Positions 9,911 through 19,856 are shown, counted from the first letter of the stretch. The stretch is DNA of 64,000 nucleotides from Candidatus Ozemobacteraceae bacterium (GCA_965140445.1 OZ223236.1:2176001-2240000), one strand, 5' to 3'. Numbers and translations: made by a program. Notes: generated by a model from the letters alone, not told the origin.

Positions 9911-9939
9911 ATCATACCACTAAATGCGAAGAGGTTCAA
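9911..9939 (-). promoter_or_regulatory. Sigma70-type promoter for the activase gene
   Basis: Minus strand TTGAAC-N17-TATGAT, about 40 nt upstream of the ATG. Confidence 0.55.
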
Positions 9940-9991
9940 CGCCGGGAAGATGTCTCTGTGTTGCCCTTAAGCAGGAGGTTTGCGGGAGAAG

Positions 9992-11332
9992 TTATTTCCA
10001 GCCAGTATCTTTTAAATCAACTGGGTCCGATATTTCGGGTTCATCTTTTGGGGGGAGCTTCTTGGTTGAAGAAGCTGACTTGACTGGATCTTTCCAGAAA
10101 TTGATTTTTTTTGCTGGATCATTCGGGTTGTTTGATGGAGCAGGAATGCTGGTTTTTGGCTTTGGCATAAGCTTGATCATTCCATTATACGAGACAAGGA
10201 AATCTCCGGTGGAAAGTATTGTTGGTTTGTAAAATATACTTTTACCAAAGGCTGTCCATTGGCTTTGTCCGCTAGTTCCATCTATATAGCTGCCATAGGT
10301 TGTTCTGTCAAAAAATGAATCTTTGTGAGTAACAAAAACACCATTTCTAAATTGAAAAACGTTGTAAACATCTTCAAGAGGGCGGTGCCACATAAGTTCA
10401 CCACTATCTGAGTCTACGCAGCGAAGATTCTTTTTATCTACCAGAAGCAGTCTGTTGCCAGTTTTTCCAACCCCTTGAAAGCTTGTTTGAAGAGTAGTTG
10501 TCCATGAATTACCAGTCATCAGTGACATGCATATTACTCTAGAGCCACCAGCAGCCAGCAATACCAGCTTTTCATCAAGAACATCAGCTATTTTCAGGCC
10601 TTTAATGGGGTGCTTATAGATAATTTCCCCGTTAAATTGGTTAATGATCATTACCTGGCCTTCATTCGTTGTCTGAATGCAGACATTTTGTTTAAAAAAT
10701 GGGGGAGACGAGCTGACCGGGTCAGAAATTTCCCAAACTTCATCGCCAGTTTCAGGTTCCAGTGCCATCATTTTCCAGATCGGTGATTTTACGTCTGCAT
10801 AGCCGTAAACCACTACAACAACTTTATCTGCTGCATAAGACATAATTTTTCCATGGAATTTTTTCTCCCATAGAGGTTTTCCTGTTTTACTGTCGATGCA
10901 AAAGAGCATGTCGCTGGTAGAAGTTACAACGAATTTTTCTGAGTCAATTTTTAATGGCGCGAAAGTCAGTGGTTCAATTGTTCCAACTTCCCACATTAGC
11001 TTCAATCCGGGGACAGCAAATCCTCTTAACATTCTTGATTTGTCTGCAAGCAAAACTGTTTCCGAAAATGCAATTGGTTGAAAAGGAAGAATCGGCAACT
11101 CAATTGATTCTGTCGTTTTTCCATTTAGATCAACCTGGATAAGCTTATATTTTTTGTGGGCCTTTTCTCCGGCTACAAAAACGGCATTGTTTTTTACCGT
11201 GACCGGGTTTGAGTAGACCCTATAAGGAATTTCATTGGTCCAGCTTGCCTTGGTTTCTGGCTGAAATCCAAGTAAGTGGAAAGATAAAGCTCCAATAATT
11301 ACCAAGATTATCCCAATTGCTCTTTTTGACAT
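9992..11332 (-). CDS. Exported PQQ-like beta-propeller repeat protein (BamB-like fold)
   Basis: N-terminal hydrophobic segment and repeated D..TGK.LW / ETGDEVW / DSGELMW motifs. Confidence 0.75.
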   Translation of the reverse strand: MSKRAIGIILVIIGALSFHLLGFQPETKASWTNEIPYRVYSNPVTVKNNAVFVAGEKAHKKYKLIQVDLNGKTTESIELPILPFQPIAFSETVLLADKSRMLRGFAVPGLKLMWEVGTIEPLTFAPLKIDSEKFVVTSTSDMLFCIDSKTGKPLWEKKFHGKIMSYAADKVVVVVYGYADVKSPIWKMMALEPETGDEVWEISDPVSSSPPFFKQNVCIQTTNEGQVMIINQFNGEIIYKHPIKGLKIADVLDEKLVLLAAGGSRVICMSLMTGNSWTTTLQTSFQGVGKTGNRLLLVDKKNLRCVDSDSGELMWHRPLEDVYNVFQFRNGVFVTHKDSFFDRTTYGSYIDGTSGQSQWTAFGKSIFYKPTILSTGDFLVSYNGMIKLMPKPKTSIPAPSNNPNDPAKKINFWKDPVKSASSTKKLPPKDEPEISDPVDLKDTGWK

Positions 11333-11336
11333 CTAT

Positions 11337-12005
11337 TTAATCTCGCTTTAACAATTTCAGAATTATTCCTACAGATTCATCTAGTGGAATTTTGCTGGTG
11401 TTTATTATCAGGTGATAGTGTTTATGGTCGGATACTTCTTCTCCGAAAAAATCGTAAATAAATTTAGACGCGGATTCGTCTTTCTGGGAAATCAATGACC
11501 TTGCTTTTTCTTCTTCGATACTTTGCTCGGCCATGATTCTTTTAACTCTATCTTCAATGTCGGCAACTACTCTGATATGAAAAACGTTTCTATCTTCTTT
11601 TAAAATTTGGGAGCCGCCTCTACCCAAAATAACTGCGCTTCCTGAAGTCAAAATTTCTTTCATGACTTTTGATAAAGCACTCACGTAGTCTTCTTCCAGG
11701 AAAGCATCTGAAGGGAAGGTCGAAAACATTTGCCCGGAATCCCAGTCTAAAGGACCAATTCCAAATGGGTGAAACACCATGCCGCCATGAGCAATACTGG
11801 AAAGCGCTTCCTGAAAAAATACTCCAACCCTGTTGTAGGTTTCCTGATCAAAATCAGCTATTTGCTCTTTATTTTTACCTAATTTTTCGGCAATCTCATT
11901 TAGGATTTCTTTATCGTATGAGTTGCAACCCAGTGCTTCAGCAAGTTTTAATGCAATATAAGTCCCACCAGATCCAAGTTCTCTCGATATTGTTATAACT
12001 GGCAT
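11337..12005 (-). CDS. Cytidylate kinase-like family protein
   Basis: VITISRELGSGG P-loop variant, VILGRGG and YHLIINT motifs. Confidence 0.85.
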   Translation of the reverse strand: MPVITISRELGSGGTYIALKLAEALGCNSYDKEILNEIAEKLGKNKEQIADFDQETYNRVGVFFQEALSSIAHGGMVFHPFGIGPLDWDSGQMFSTFPSDAFLEEDYVSALSKVMKEILTSGSAVILGRGGSQILKEDRNVFHIRVVADIEDRVKRIMAEQSIEEEKARSLISQKDESASKFIYDFFGEEVSDHKHYHLIINTSKIPLDESVGIILKLLKRD

Positions 12006-12113
12006 ATGATTCTCCTTATTTTTGATTCCATGCCAACTTTTATTCTAAGCCTGATTCTTTCACTGTTCAACATAGAATTGTAAATAATTGTAAAAAAAAA
12101 TAATAAAAAAAGT

Positions 12114-12140
12114 TAAATGAACCCAAAGTTCTGCCGATAA
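12114..12140 (+). promoter_or_regulatory. Sigma28 (FliA/SigD)-type promoter
   Basis: Exact consensus TAAA-N15-GCCGATAA. Confidence 0.75.
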
Positions 12141-12177
12141 TTTTTTTGGAAAACAAAAATTACACGGAGGAAGCAAA

Positions 12178-12318
12178 ATGGTTCACGCAGGGATGGTCGG
12201 AATTACAGAGTTAATGATGGATGATTGTTTTTTAAATTGGATGGAGTCTCAAGAAGATGAAACTCTCGAAACAAAAAGCACATTTGAAATTTATAAACTT
12301 TATTTAAAAGCTAACTAA
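12178..12318 (+). CDS. Small acidic protein, 46 aa (below the ORF-track cutoff)
   Basis: MVHAGMVGITELMMDDCFLNWMESQEDETLETKSTFEIYKLYLKAN*. GGAGG 7 nt before the ATG, sigma28 promoter upstream, terminator downstream. Confidence 0.65.
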   Translation: MVHAGMVGITELMMDDCFLNWMESQEDETLETKSTFEIYKLYLKAN

Positions 12319-12344
12319 AAGTTAAATTAGTTTTTTTGCGAAAG

Positions 12345-12367
12345 ATCGGAATGTTCCGATTTTTTTT
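12345..12367 (+). terminator. Intrinsic terminator after the small ORF
   Basis: atcggaa-tg-ttccgat stem followed by a T-run. Confidence 0.6.
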
Positions 12368-12394
12368 GTTTTAGGAATATGCTGATTCTCAAAT

Positions 12395-12856
12395 TTATTT
12401 TAAAAATTTAGAAAAACTCTTTCTGTGAGAATCCAAAAAGTCTTCTTTTGAAGCGGAATCTCTAACGTATAGCATCAGCTTTTCAATTCTCTCAAGTGTT
12501 TCAATTGATATTTTGTGTTCCAGCAAACAGGCTTCTTCCTGAGCATATTCTTCCGGGAAAATTAAAACGTTTGTTAAAAAATCGGCCAAAATCCCGTGGA
12601 ATCTGTTTAATCGAGAAATGGTTTCTTTTCCTTTTTCGGTAAGAATTACTGGCCTGTATGACTCGTATCTGATTAAGTCTTTTTCTGCGAGTCTTTTTAA
12701 AGCGCTTGTGACTGAAGGAAGGCTAAAACCCATTTTTTTTGCGAGATCAGAAGTTCTTACTGCTCCATGCTCTGCTTGAAGATCAGAAATATTTTCAAGA
12801 TATGATTCCAGCGCTCCAGATAGCTTTTTCTTTACTTTTTTTCCATTTCCTGACAT
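12395..12856 (-). CDS. DtxR/MntR-family metal-dependent regulator
   Basis: VRTSDLAKKMGFSLPSVTSALKRL HTH, LTEKG, EEACLLEH metal-binding helix; lies downstream of feoB. Confidence 0.9.
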   Translation of the reverse strand: MSGNGKKVKKKLSGALESYLENISDLQAEHGAVRTSDLAKKMGFSLPSVTSALKRLAEKDLIRYESYRPVILTEKGKETISRLNRFHGILADFLTNVLIFPEEYAQEEACLLEHKISIETLERIEKLMLYVRDSASKEDFLDSHRKSFSKFLK

Positions 12857-15123
12857 TCAGGTTTCCCGCCCTTTCCTTTACTTGCACAGCCTGAACAGCC
12901 GCTGCAAAAATTGCCACTAATGGTAGTGAAAAACCTTTTGAACAAATACCATCCCGCCAAAAAGCCTAGACCAAGAATAATAGCTCCTTCCTGGAAGGCT
13001 ATAGAACCCGCTTTTTCTGTTTCAAGCAACAGGTTTCCAATTTTCAAAACCATATAGCTGATTATATATGCCAGCATAACATATGTGAAGCTGGCAAAAA
13101 CAGTAAACTTTGTAGAACCACTTTCGCGCCAGATAACGCCAACCGTCGCAATGCAAGGAATGTAAAGCAAGGTGAAAAGCATGAAAACAAAAGCGCTCAA
13201 TTTTGACATTCCATTTTTTTTCATTGCATCGCCAAGGTTTTCAGAAAAAGGAGTGTACAGAACCGACAGGGTGCTTACCACTGATTCTTTTGCAAGAAAT
13301 CCCGGGATCAAAGAAACGGTTTCACGCCAACTGAATCCAAGAGGCTCCATTACAGGGTGGATTGCTTTTCCAATTCTGGCCATGTATCGACCTTCCATTT
13401 GTTCAATGGATTTATCACGCGAGAGTTCGGCAATCTGAGAATAAATCTTTTCATTTCCTGGGAGCTGTTTCAATTGGGTTATCTGGGCATCATAGTCCTT
13501 TGTTAAGGGGACTTCTCTTGGGAAAGCAGATAAAACCCAGATTAAGATGGAGCCAGCCAGGATTACAGTTCCCGCTTTTTCAATAAAGTGCATCCCTTTT
13601 TCAAAAAGCATGTCAAACACACTTTTAATGGTGGGCAGGCGATAAGGCGGCATTTCCAGAAGGAAAGGGGCGTTATTTCCTGTTTTAAAGAAAACAGAAG
13701 TTATCTGAGCCAGCAGGATTAAAACAAGAAGATTACAGAAAAACAAAATAAACATCCATTTGCTGGGATTTTCCGGAAAAAAGGAGCCGCAAAGAAGCAC
13801 CAGCACTGGCAACCTTGCTGCACAGGTAATTAAGGGAATTAACAGCATGGTAAGTAATCTTTGCGCTCTATTATCAATAATTCTTGTTGCCATAACTGCG
13901 GGTACATTGCAGCCAAGTCCCATAATCATTGGTATAAAAGCTCTTCCATGAAGCCCTATGCAGTTCATTAATTTATCCATTAGAAAAGCTGCTCTGGACA
14001 TATATCCAGAGTCTTCCAAAAGCGCTATCCAGAAAAACAATATGAGTATGTTTGGAATAAAAATCAGTACACCGCCGACTCCCCCTATAACGCCCTCAAC
14101 CAGTAAATCTCTGATCAATCCGTCAGCAAGATTGCTTTTTACAAGGGCGGTAATGAATTTTAACAGTGATTCAACCCATCCCATAGGGATTTCACCTAGA
14201 TAAAAAGTGGTCCAGAAAACCCATCCCATTAAGGCGGCAAATATAGGTAAACCAAAATATTTATGGGTTAAAACTCTGTCTATTTTTTCCTGAATTGGAG
14301 GAAGATGCTTTTGCGGAATTATTGCACAGGATTTTATTAGACCTTCAACTCGGCGATAACGATCTGATGCTAATTGGCATGCAAGATCTGTTACTTTAAC
14401 TTCTTTGTTTGTATGTTGACTTAGTTCTTTGGCCAGCTCTTTTTTTATTGGCAAAATTTCCGGAACTGTAACTTTAAAATCAATTAGTTTTCTGAGAGCT
14501 TCATACTTTTGATTTGGAGAGGCTGTGGTCCAGGTTAGCCCTTCGAGTTCCAGGGCATTGCCTGCAGCATCTTTCCATACTTTGGGAAGCTCTAAAACGC
14601 TACTTTCTGCCGAATCTGAAATATTGTCTGCGCCAAGATGCTCTAAAAGTGATGCTGTACCGTCACCTGTCCTTGCCACCGTAGGAAATGCATTACAACC
14701 GGAGAGTTTGGTAAACTTGTTGAGATTTATACTGCCACCCGAAGCAGTAAAGGAATCAAAGCAGTTTAAGCTTACTACAGGGTAAATCCCAAGCTCTATA
14801 AGTTGTGTCGTTAAAAAAAGGTTTCTTTCAAGGTTAGCAGTATCAAGAACATTTAAAACAATTTCTTTTGCAGCTTCATCCAGGCATTTTAAAACAATTG
14901 CTTCTTCGGGGGTTGCTGGTGAAAGCGAATATGTTCCAGGTAAATCGGTTATTAATAATTCTGTATTATTTACCTTTTTTACACCCTGGATCTTTTGAAC
15001 AGTTACTCCAGGCCAATTACCAACTCGCCTTTTTTCTCCGGTGATTGCATTGAAAAGACTGGTTTTTCCACAATTGGGGTTACCTAACAGGTAAATTTCC
15101 CGGTCTGATTTATGGCTCGTCAT
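12832..15123 (-). CDS. feoB: Ferrous iron transporter FeoB with Cys-rich C-terminal extension
   Basis: GNPNCGKT, VGNWPGVTV, DLPGTYSL, LEDSGYMSRAAF, GLGCNVPA, LLYIPC; C-terminal CSGCSGC. Confidence 0.95.
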   Translation of the reverse strand: MTSHKSDREIYLLGNPNCGKTSLFNAITGEKRRVGNWPGVTVQKIQGVKKVNNTELLITDLPGTYSLSPATPEEAIVLKCLDEAAKEIVLNVLDTANLERNLFLTTQLIELGIYPVVSLNCFDSFTASGGSINLNKFTKLSGCNAFPTVARTGDGTASLLEHLGADNISDSAESSVLELPKVWKDAAGNALELEGLTWTTASPNQKYEALRKLIDFKVTVPEILPIKKELAKELSQHTNKEVKVTDLACQLASDRYRRVEGLIKSCAIIPQKHLPPIQEKIDRVLTHKYFGLPIFAALMGWVFWTTFYLGEIPMGWVESLLKFITALVKSNLADGLIRDLLVEGVIGGVGGVLIFIPNILILFFWIALLEDSGYMSRAAFLMDKLMNCIGLHGRAFIPMIMGLGCNVPAVMATRIIDNRAQRLLTMLLIPLITCAARLPVLVLLCGSFFPENPSKWMFILFFCNLLVLILLAQITSVFFKTGNNAPFLLEMPPYRLPTIKSVFDMLFEKGMHFIEKAGTVILAGSILIWVLSAFPREVPLTKDYDAQITQLKQLPGNEKIYSQIAELSRDKSIEQMEGRYMARIGKAIHPVMEPLGFSWRETVSLIPGFLAKESVVSTLSVLYTPFSENLGDAMKKNGMSKLSAFVFMLFTLLYIPCIATVGVIWRESGSTKFTVFASFTYVMLAYIISYMVLKIGNLLLETEKAGSIAFQEGAIILGLGFLAGWYLFKRFFTTISGNFCSGCSGCASKGKGGKPECQEMEKK

Positions 15124-15361
15124 GATGCAGTTCAACCCCTATTAATCCCGATTCAGAACTTCTCAATCCCAGTTGATAACCCCTGATTTCAAAAGTTGTG
15201 GGGTCTCCCATTGGAGCTTTGTTTATTGCTTTGATTGTAGTTCCTGGAACGAATCCAAGGTCTAATAAACGCTGGGAGGTTGGAGATGATGTATCAATAT
15301 CTCGAATAGTGCCTTTTGCACCTTCGGGAAGTTCTGAGAGACTAATTGTAGTTCTTACCAT
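15110..15361 (-). CDS. feoA: Ferrous iron transport protein A
   Basis: RLLDLGFVPGT...APMGDP...IRGYQLGLR; directly upstream of feoB. Confidence 0.92.
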   Translation of the reverse strand: MVRTTISLSELPEGAKGTIRDIDTSSPTSQRLLDLGFVPGTTIKAINKAPMGDPTTFEIRGYQLGLRSSESGLIGVELHHDEP

Positions 15362-15386
15362 GACTGCTCTGCCTTTTTTAGAAGAA

Positions 15387-15419
15387 TTAGTTTCAACTAA
15401 CAATATTAGTATAGTCTAA
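15387..15419. promoter_or_regulatory. Tandem DtxR/SirR-like boxes
   Basis: TTAG-N6-CTAA twice (15387-15400, 15406-15419), upstream of feoA in an operon encoding a DtxR-family regulator. Confidence 0.6.
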
Positions 15420-15511
15420 TTGGTATGTTGGGTCAAGTTATTTTTTTCTCAAACTATTGTGACGGTGTACAGCTTTGTTGTTTTGAAAGTTCCTGAATCA
15501 GACCGTTGACG

Positions 15512-15544
15512 AAAAAAGGCTCCCGATTTAAGGGAGCCTTTTTT
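15512..15544. terminator. Intrinsic terminator (bidirectional form) after the AAA ATPase
   Basis: aaaaaaggctccc/gggagcctttttt. Confidence 0.8.
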
Positions 15545-15563
15545 GTGGGTAAAGTTTGATTAA

Positions 15564-17084
15564 TTAATCTTTATCGCTTTTTACTGACGCAGAGACTGCT
15601 CTTTCACTTGCCCAGTTTTTGATAAACTTGATTTGCTCTGACATGGTTCGAGAAAGAGGAACTGTGCTTCTGATGATTGTGTAAAGGTCGTCCTGGTGAA
15701 GCTTTTCATTTCTATGAAATGCCTCAACCATAGCGGCTTCCACAACATGTTCTATTTCAGCGCCGTTCCAGAATTCTGTGGCAACACTCAGGAGAGGGAG
15801 GTCAAACTCTTCGAGGTTGTTTCCTCTTCTTTTTAGATGAACTTTAAAAATTGATTCCCGTTCTTCATCATTTGGGAGATCAATGAAGAAAACTTGATCA
15901 AACCTTCCTTTACGGATGATTTCAGCTGGTAATAAATCAATTCTGTTGGCGGTTGCAGCGACAAAAACATCAGCAGATTTTTCCTGCATCCAGGTCAAAA
16001 AGGCTGAAAAGATGTGAGATCCAGTTCCGCCATCTTTTGCCGTGTTGCTACTAATACCACCCTCAATTTCATCAATCCAGAGTATGGCCGGTGAAACAGC
16101 TTCGATACTTTTTACGGCACGGTGAAAAGTCCCTTCCGGGGTTCCGTACACACCTGAGTATACCTTGTTCATGTCCAGTCTGAATAATGGAAGGCTCCAG
16201 AGTGAACTGATTGCTTTTACTGACAAAGATTTACCGCAACCGGAAATACCCATCATTAGTAAGCCTCTTGGGGGCCTGATTCCTGCTTTAGCGGCTTCAT
16301 CTGTAAAAAGTCTTTTTCGTTTTACAAGCCAGTCTTTAAGGTTTTCTAACCCGCCAACGTCCTGAAGCGATTCTTCAGCTCTGACATACTCTAAAACACC
16401 GTCTTTTCTGGCTAATTGCTCTTTTTCATGGTGCAAAATCTCAATTGCATCGGCATCAAATGATTTTCTTCCCCATGAGGCTTTATTCAAAGCATATTTT
16501 GCTTCAGAAGCAGTAAAGCCTTTTAAGGCGTTGACTGCCTGGCATTTCTGATCTTCATTTAAGGAGATTTCTACTCCTCTTTTGCTTAAATTTTCGATGG
16601 ATTCTTCCAGCAATTTTCCAAGCTCAGCTTGATTGGGAAGATCATAGCTGATGAGCATGATGTCTTTTCTAAGGTCTGGTGGGATAATAAATTCTGTACC
16701 GGTTAAGAACAGAAATTTATTTTGGCCACTGAATTTGCTGTTCAGATTTTTTATTCGTCTTTGTATTTCCGGTTTATCTAAAAGTTGGGTAAGGTCACGA
16801 AAAACAAAGAAGCCGGGCCCTGAGGCCTCTGCTACTGTATCCAGGGCTTCTTCTGCTGTTAGTGAAGTTGATGACCCGGTTGATAAAACGCACAGCCCTG
16901 CTTGCATATCCCAGGAAGCGAATTCTCCCTTCCCTTGAAAAACAGAATTTGAAAGAGCTTTAAGGGTAGCAACAGTTTGGTCTTCTTCCCATGTCTCAAT
17001 TGCCACAACAGGGTATCCACCAATCAGGGTTTGTTTTATGGCATTAATTGCGCCAGGTCTGGCTAAACTTTCGGTCGAAGTCAT
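15564..17084 (-). CDS. Ycf46-like AAA+ ATPase
   Basis: Degenerate N-terminal domain, DVGGLENLKDWL, Walker A GISGCGKS, Walker B WIDEIE, ATAN, RKGRFD. Confidence 0.85.
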   Translation of the reverse strand: MTSTESLARPGAINAIKQTLIGGYPVVAIETWEEDQTVATLKALSNSVFQGKGEFASWDMQAGLCVLSTGSSTSLTAEEALDTVAEASGPGFFVFRDLTQLLDKPEIQRRIKNLNSKFSGQNKFLFLTGTEFIIPPDLRKDIMLISYDLPNQAELGKLLEESIENLSKRGVEISLNEDQKCQAVNALKGFTASEAKYALNKASWGRKSFDADAIEILHHEKEQLARKDGVLEYVRAEESLQDVGGLENLKDWLVKRKRLFTDEAAKAGIRPPRGLLMMGISGCGKSLSVKAISSLWSLPLFRLDMNKVYSGVYGTPEGTFHRAVKSIEAVSPAILWIDEIEGGISSNTAKDGGTGSHIFSAFLTWMQEKSADVFVAATANRIDLLPAEIIRKGRFDQVFFIDLPNDEERESIFKVHLKRRGNNLEEFDLPLLSVATEFWNGAEIEHVVEAAMVEAFHRNEKLHQDDLYTIIRSTVPLSRTMSEQIKFIKNWASERAVSASVKSDKD

Positions 17085-17290
17085 GGGTTCAAATTATTTA
17101 CAAGACTTTCCAGAGCATGATTCATGTTGGCAAGATCACCTGCTGGATCCGCTCCCTGCCAGTTTTCCTTGTAGAAATGTGCTTCGAACAAGTCGTTAAA
17201 ACAGCTATCATATTGGCAAAAATGTTTGTCTAGAACTGTCAGGTGTTGAAGTTCTATCTGTTCAAGCAAACTAAGTTCAAGTTCTGTCAT
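17081..17290 (-). CDS. Small acidic hypothetical protein translationally coupled to the AAA ATPase
   Basis: 69 aa, AAGGA upstream, 4-bp ATGA overlap with the AAA gene. Confidence 0.6.
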   Translation of the reverse strand: MTELELSLLEQIELQHLTVLDKHFCQYDSCFNDLFEAHFYKENWQGADPAGDLANMNHALESLVNNLNP

Positions 17291-17602
17291 AGTGCAAGGT
17301 CCTTTTTTTTATCTCGTTCTACTAATGAAGTATAAACGAAAAGTGTCTTTCATCAAGTAAATTGTGGGTTTAAAATCCTTTTTATTTGCAGAAACTTTTG
17401 GAAAGTCTTTATTAGAAAGTGATCACGAAGGTGTCAGATTATTTAATGCGTTGAGAAGCTTGCTATGACATTGTTTTAAGGATACCGGATTAGTATCAGA
17501 AAAGATAAAGTAAATTTGCCTGGAAAAAACATACAATTATATTCCATTAAGGTTGAATTGGCCGCATTGGAGGTGTATCTTCAATGAAACAGGAGAATAA
17601 AA

Positions 17603-18541
17603 ATGATGAAAAGAAAGCTCAAGGACGTAGCAGAATCAATTATAAAATCTATTGAGGAAAGTAAGAAAGGCGTTCAGCATTTTGATAGCTCTCCTCTACC
17701 GGATAAGGACGAGATTTATAAGATAATCAGTAATATTTTTATCTTACTTTTTCCAGGTTATTTTGGGCATTCTGAGATGTCTTTTGAATCTATTGACATG
17801 CGAATCGGGTACCGCGTAGCAAAGGTATATGAGTTGCTTAGACCACAGGTTTACCGGGAAATGATCCATGATTGTAAGGATAATAACAAGCCTTGTGGAA
17901 CCTGTGAAAAGGCTTCTGATATATTGGTCTTGAACTTTCTTGAAAAAATAAATGACATTAGAGAAGCCCTGGATCTTGATATTAAGGCTGCGTTTAACAA
18001 TGATCCGGCTGCGGTTGATTTTGATGAAATCATTTTTAGTTACCCCGGATTGGAAGCTGTTGCTGTTTTCCGTGTTGCGCATTTCTTTTATCAGTCAGGT
18101 TTGAGACTTATACCCAGAATTATGACTGAGTGGGCTCACTCAAAAACGGGAGTCGACATTCATCCTGGTGCAAAAATAGGCAAAAGCTTCTTTATTGATC
18201 ATGGTACCGGCGTTGTTATCGGTGAAACGACCCATATTGGTAATAATGTTACTATTTATCAAGGGGTTACTCTTGGAGCTTTAAACTTCCCCAAAGATGA
18301 ACATGGGCAGGTAATAAGGCGAGCAAAACGACATCCAACGATTGAAGATGGGGTTGTTATATACGCTGGAGCTACTATTCTTGGTGGAGAAACAGTAATC
18401 GGGAAAAGCTCAGTGGTTGGCGGAAATGTTTGGCTAACTGAATCGGTTCCGCCTGAAACACGAGTTATTCTAAAAAAATCTGATTTAACATATTCTCCAA
18501 TTAAGAAAAAGGTTAGAGGAGACACAAATGATAAAAAATAA
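17603..18541 (+). CDS. cysE: Serine O-acetyltransferase (EpsC-type)
   Basis: DPAA, SYPG, TGVDIHPGA, FIDHGTGVVIGET, KRHPT hexapeptide region; adjacent to cysK. Confidence 0.93.
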   Translation: MMKRKLKDVAESIIKSIEESKKGVQHFDSSPLPDKDEIYKIISNIFILLFPGYFGHSEMSFESIDMRIGYRVAKVYELLRPQVYREMIHDCKDNNKPCGTCEKASDILVLNFLEKINDIREALDLDIKAAFNNDPAAVDFDEIIFSYPGLEAVAVFRVAHFFYQSGLRLIPRIMTEWAHSKTGVDIHPGAKIGKSFFIDHGTGVVIGETTHIGNNVTIYQGVTLGALNFPKDEHGQVIRRAKRHPTIEDGVVIYAGATILGGETVIGKSSVVGGNVWLTESVPPETRVILKKSDLTYSPIKKKVRGDTNDKK

Positions 18542-19463
18542 TATTTCTGAAAGAATCGGAAAAACTTCAATTGTAAAATTAAAAAGTTTGGCAGAAAACG
18601 TCCATGGCGAAGTTCTCGCAAAGGTTGAGTTTTTAAATCCGGGTGGTTCTGTTAAAGATAGAATTGCTCTTTCCATGATAGAAGACGCTGAAAAATCTGG
18701 AAAGATTAAACCCGGAGATTTACTCATAGAATCAACTTCGGGTAATACCGGAATTGGTCTTGCGATGGTTGCTGCAGCAAAAGGTTATCGATTGATTCTT
18801 ACCATGCCTGAAACCATGAGTATGGAAAGAAGGAAAATTTTGGCGGCCTATGGTGCCACCCTGGAATTAACCCCCGGCGACAAGGGAATGAAGGGAGCCA
18901 TACTTAGAGCTGAAGAGTTAATGAAGCAATACCCGGATGCCTATTCTCCAGGCCAATTCACAAATCCTGCGAATCCCGCAGCTCATGAATTTAACACGGG
19001 TCCAGAAATAATCGAAGATATTAAAGGTATGCAGATAGATGCTTTTATTTTTGGTGTCGGAACAGGCGGGACGATTACCGGGATCGGCAGAGCTCTTAGA
19101 AAAGCGGGCATAATGGCACCACTTATAGCTGTTGAACCTGCAGGATCACCAGTGTTGTCAGGTGGCAAACCAGGTCCTCATAAGATTCAAGGAATTGGCG
19201 CAGGATTTATCCCTGAGATTCTTGACACTAAGCTCATTGATAAGGTTATTCAGGTTGAAAATGAAGAGGCTATGATAATGGCACGATCCATTGCAGCGAA
19301 TCAGGGTATTTTTGTCGGTATCAGTTCTGGTGCCGCGGCTGCAGCTTCTGTGAAATATTTAAAAGAGTTTAGCACTGCTGAAAAACCGCTTAGAGTCCTG
19401 ACTTTGTTCCCAAGCAACGGAGAAAGATACCTTTCAACTGAATTATTTGCCGATCTGGTATAA
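18528..19463 (+). CDS. cysK: Cysteine synthase A
   Basis: NPGGSVKDR (PLP Lys), TSGNTG, GVGTGGT, GPHKIQGIGAGF, GERYLST. Confidence 0.96.
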   Translation: MIKNNISERIGKTSIVKLKSLAENVHGEVLAKVEFLNPGGSVKDRIALSMIEDAEKSGKIKPGDLLIESTSGNTGIGLAMVAAAKGYRLILTMPETMSMERRKILAAYGATLELTPGDKGMKGAILRAEELMKQYPDAYSPGQFTNPANPAAHEFNTGPEIIEDIKGMQIDAFIFGVGTGGTITGIGRALRKAGIMAPLIAVEPAGSPVLSGGKPGPHKIQGIGAGFIPEILDTKLIDKVIQVENEEAMIMARSIAANQGIFVGISSGAAAAASVKYLKEFSTAEKPLRVLTLFPSNGERYLSTELFADLV

Positions 19464-19474
19464 ACAATAACGAG

Positions 19475-19519
19475 CAGCTTCCCGATAAAAGCCAAAATTG
19501 TCTTTAAATCGGGAAGTTG
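19475..19519. terminator. Stem-loop after cysK (possible terminator or processing site)
   Basis: cagcttcccgat/atcgggaagttg 12-bp stem without a U tail. Confidence 0.4.
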
Positions 19520-19520
19520 T

Positions 19521-19856
19521 ATGTACAGTAAAACTCGGATAGCTCTCTTGTTCGCTTTAATTGCCACAAGTGTTGGCATTTTTTTCAACTTGGGATGTCG
19601 CAGGGCGCCAGCCAAAAAGACTTTGCTATACAAATCAGAAATTGAAGCCCTGAAAAGGGCAGAGCTTGAGAAAAAATCTAAAGGGAATCTTTATTCTAAA
19701 CGGGCAAGTAGCGTTTATCCATGGCAGGAAAAGAAGCCTCGGCCAAATTCTATTCCCGAGAGCATTAGTTGCTCACAGAGAGATATTGAGTCCAAGATAA
19801 ATTATATTCACGAATACATGCATGGAAAAAAGAGCAAATTGAGACTGAGAGATTGA
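19521..19856 (+). CDS. Hypothetical protein, possible lipoprotein
   Basis: Hydrophobic N-terminus ending in NLGC, basic remainder; ends 4 nt before the next gene. Confidence 0.55.
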   Translation: MYSKTRIALLFALIATSVGIFFNLGCRRAPAKKTLLYKSEIEALKRAELEKKSKGNLYSKRASSVYPWQEKKPRPNSIPESISCSQRDIESKINYIHEYMHGKKSKLRLRD

